The notes below the pieces were generated by a model. It had not been told where the DNA came from, did no database searches, and saw only the letters and a list, made by a program, of their open reading frames with translations. A program made the position numbers and the translations under genes. A DNA stretch of 64,000 nucleotides from Amphiscolops sp. MND2022. Lineage: Eukaryota. The DNA lies in contig OZ076409.1 in the NCBI GenBank assembly GCA_964187785.1, forward strand, positions 9,674,001-9,738,000, written 5' to 3'. Numbering within the stretch: position 1 is the stretch's first letter; each line of letters begins with the position of its first letter. This document shows positions 62,330 to 64,000 of this stretch, piece by piece.

Positions 62330-63540
62330 TGACATAAAGGGACCAAAAAACAGGAATCAGTCAGTCTCAGATGATTGTTGCCCCAAATGTAAAAGTATTG
62401 TTGAGGAAACTGAAAAGAATTCAATATGTTGCAACGGATGTGAGTCATGGTGGCATGGATCCTGTGGGGGACTTGACGTAAAAGACATTGAAATACTTTC
62501 AAAATATGCCTCTGTTCGTTGGTATTGCTCCAAATGCGAAGACAAGCATCTACAGGGTTGTTCTTCTAACGTCTGGAAATCCTTGAATGCCATAAATCAA
62601 CAACAACAAAAAAGAGACTGATATTAGAAAAACGGAGATACAAACTATGGGATCCATGAAAAAGAACCTATTAACTATCAAACTCAAGCTTGACAACCCA
62701 ACATCAACTCAGTCTTTCGAGAACTATGCGGATAAAGTAAAAACTAATCGAAACGAAACTCAAACGAAATGTACAACTGACATCAGAAGTGGAACAAGAC
62801 AAAATCGTGATCCTGGCAACAAATTGCTCATCAAGACAAATCAAAAATTCCGAGTTAGTATCGAAATCAAAAAAACGTTTGCTTCCATTTATCCAAACAA
62901 AAAATTACTATACGCTTTTACTACAGCACGTGGTAGTATACATTCTGAGTTTACAACACCAGAGGAGGCTGACTCTGTTTTGCAGGGATGGAGGGCTGAA
63001 TTTTTTGGCGCTGACTCGTCAGCTCGGAGAGCTAGTGACAGGAATGAACAGCACAGCGCTGTAATACGGGGAATTCCATTAGAAAAGTCCGACTCGGACA
63101 TGACTTCAGCTCTTACGGATAACTTTCCAGGTGTCAGAATCAGACGTTTTGTCAAAAGTGATGGAAAACCACTGCAAACTGTCAAACTGACGTTTCCTCA
63201 AAAGCCCAGTTTGACAAGGCAACAACCGACGGGTTTTTCATTGACCATTTGTACCATCAACCAGTCGAATTCATACAGCAAGGAATACGAATAATCCGCT
63301 GCTACCGATGTCAGAAGTTCGGACACGTCAGTTCCAATTGCCATTCGAAAGTGTCATGAAAACTTTGTTCCAGCGAGCACTCTATCGACAACTGCAGCGG
63401 TAGTTAGCCTGCCAGGTGTACCAATTGCAGCGGAAGCTACGAAGCTGATTCTCTTGACTGCCCAACTTATATTAAACAGGTGCAAAGAGTTCATGGGGCA
63501 CGACGTCTACAAGCACCGACTTTGAGAAACCGTGTGTCAA
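62330..63540 (+). pseudogene. LINE ORF1 (frameshifted): PHD finger, RRM-like region and CCHC knuckles
   Basis: CPKC...CNGCESWWHGSC...WYCSKC (62376-62540); AVIRGIP; IRCYRCQKFGHVSSNC followed by two further degenerate knuckles. Confidence 0.8.
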
Positions 63541-63546
63541 AAGAAG

Positions 63547-64000
63547 ATGGCTAACCCTGGTTTCACCTTCTTGCAGATAAATATATGCGGCTTGAGTGAT
63601 CATAGTAAAAAAGCATTGAATCATTACTTACAACAAACCAAAGCTGATATCATTTTTCTTAATGAAAGCAAGACACAAATTAGCGCAAATCTATTCGACA
63701 GTTTCACAAAAATCAGTTTTATGGGTGGAAGTTCTTGGGGCGTCGCAGTTTTATTGAAAAATTACATCCCTTACTCAAGACTTAAACAACTCGAAGACAC
63801 CTCTGTTGATAATGTTGTTTTGACTGTTAGGCTGAGCGGAATTAAGTTAGTTGTGTCTACTGCATATGTCAGACCCGATGACTTCGAAGGATTGAGAAGT
63901 ACAATAAAAGTTATACAGAGTTGCAAAACGTCTGTTGACAAAAATTGCCTGAATGGAGCTCCTTTCTTTGGTGATCTCAATGCAAGACATACCTATTGGG
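63547..64000 (+). CDS. LINE ORF2 N-terminal APE endonuclease (runs off window)
   Basis: Open frame MANPGFTFLQINICG...DIIFLNESK...GVAVLLK...YVRP...GDLNARHTYW. Confidence 0.88.
   Translation, partial: MANPGFTFLQINICGLSDHSKKALNHYLQQTKADIIFLNESKTQISANLFDSFTKISFMGGSSWGVAVLLKNYIPYSRLKQLEDTSVDNVVLTVRLSGIKLVVSTAYVRPDDFEGLRSTIKVIQSCKTSVDKNCLNGAPFFGDLNARHTYW

Overview
AT-rich, intron-containing animal genomic DNA dominated by transposable elements. The standout is a ~12-13 kb block (~3.8-16.35 kb) that looks like a large tyrosine-recombinase (Crypton-like) DNA transposon carrying both a histone-methyl eraser and a writer. It contains (1) a zinc-finger + KDM2/KDM7-type JmjC demethylase gene and (2) a 5-exon ~1616-codon gene fusing a SETD8-like SET domain, a 38-aa repeat, zinc-binding motifs, a tyrosine recombinase (one internal TAG) and a Myb-like tail. 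A GTCCCACCAA motif recurs in its non-coding DNA and in a terminal 67-bp array, which abuts a (TG)n/(TA)n tract. The window also holds an intact 5-exon host GT10 alpha-1,3-fucosyltransferase gene (20435-40531) whose introns are filled with MITEs, Helentron-like repeats and a decayed gypsy element. Further on are a young full-length Mag-like Ty3/gypsy element (40990-46555), two divergently oriented decayed CRE-like RLE retrotransposons, and the 5' part of an APE-type LINE with a PHD/CCHC ORF1 that runs off the window end. All gene models were assembled by eye from GT-AG sites and phase consistency; no searches were run.
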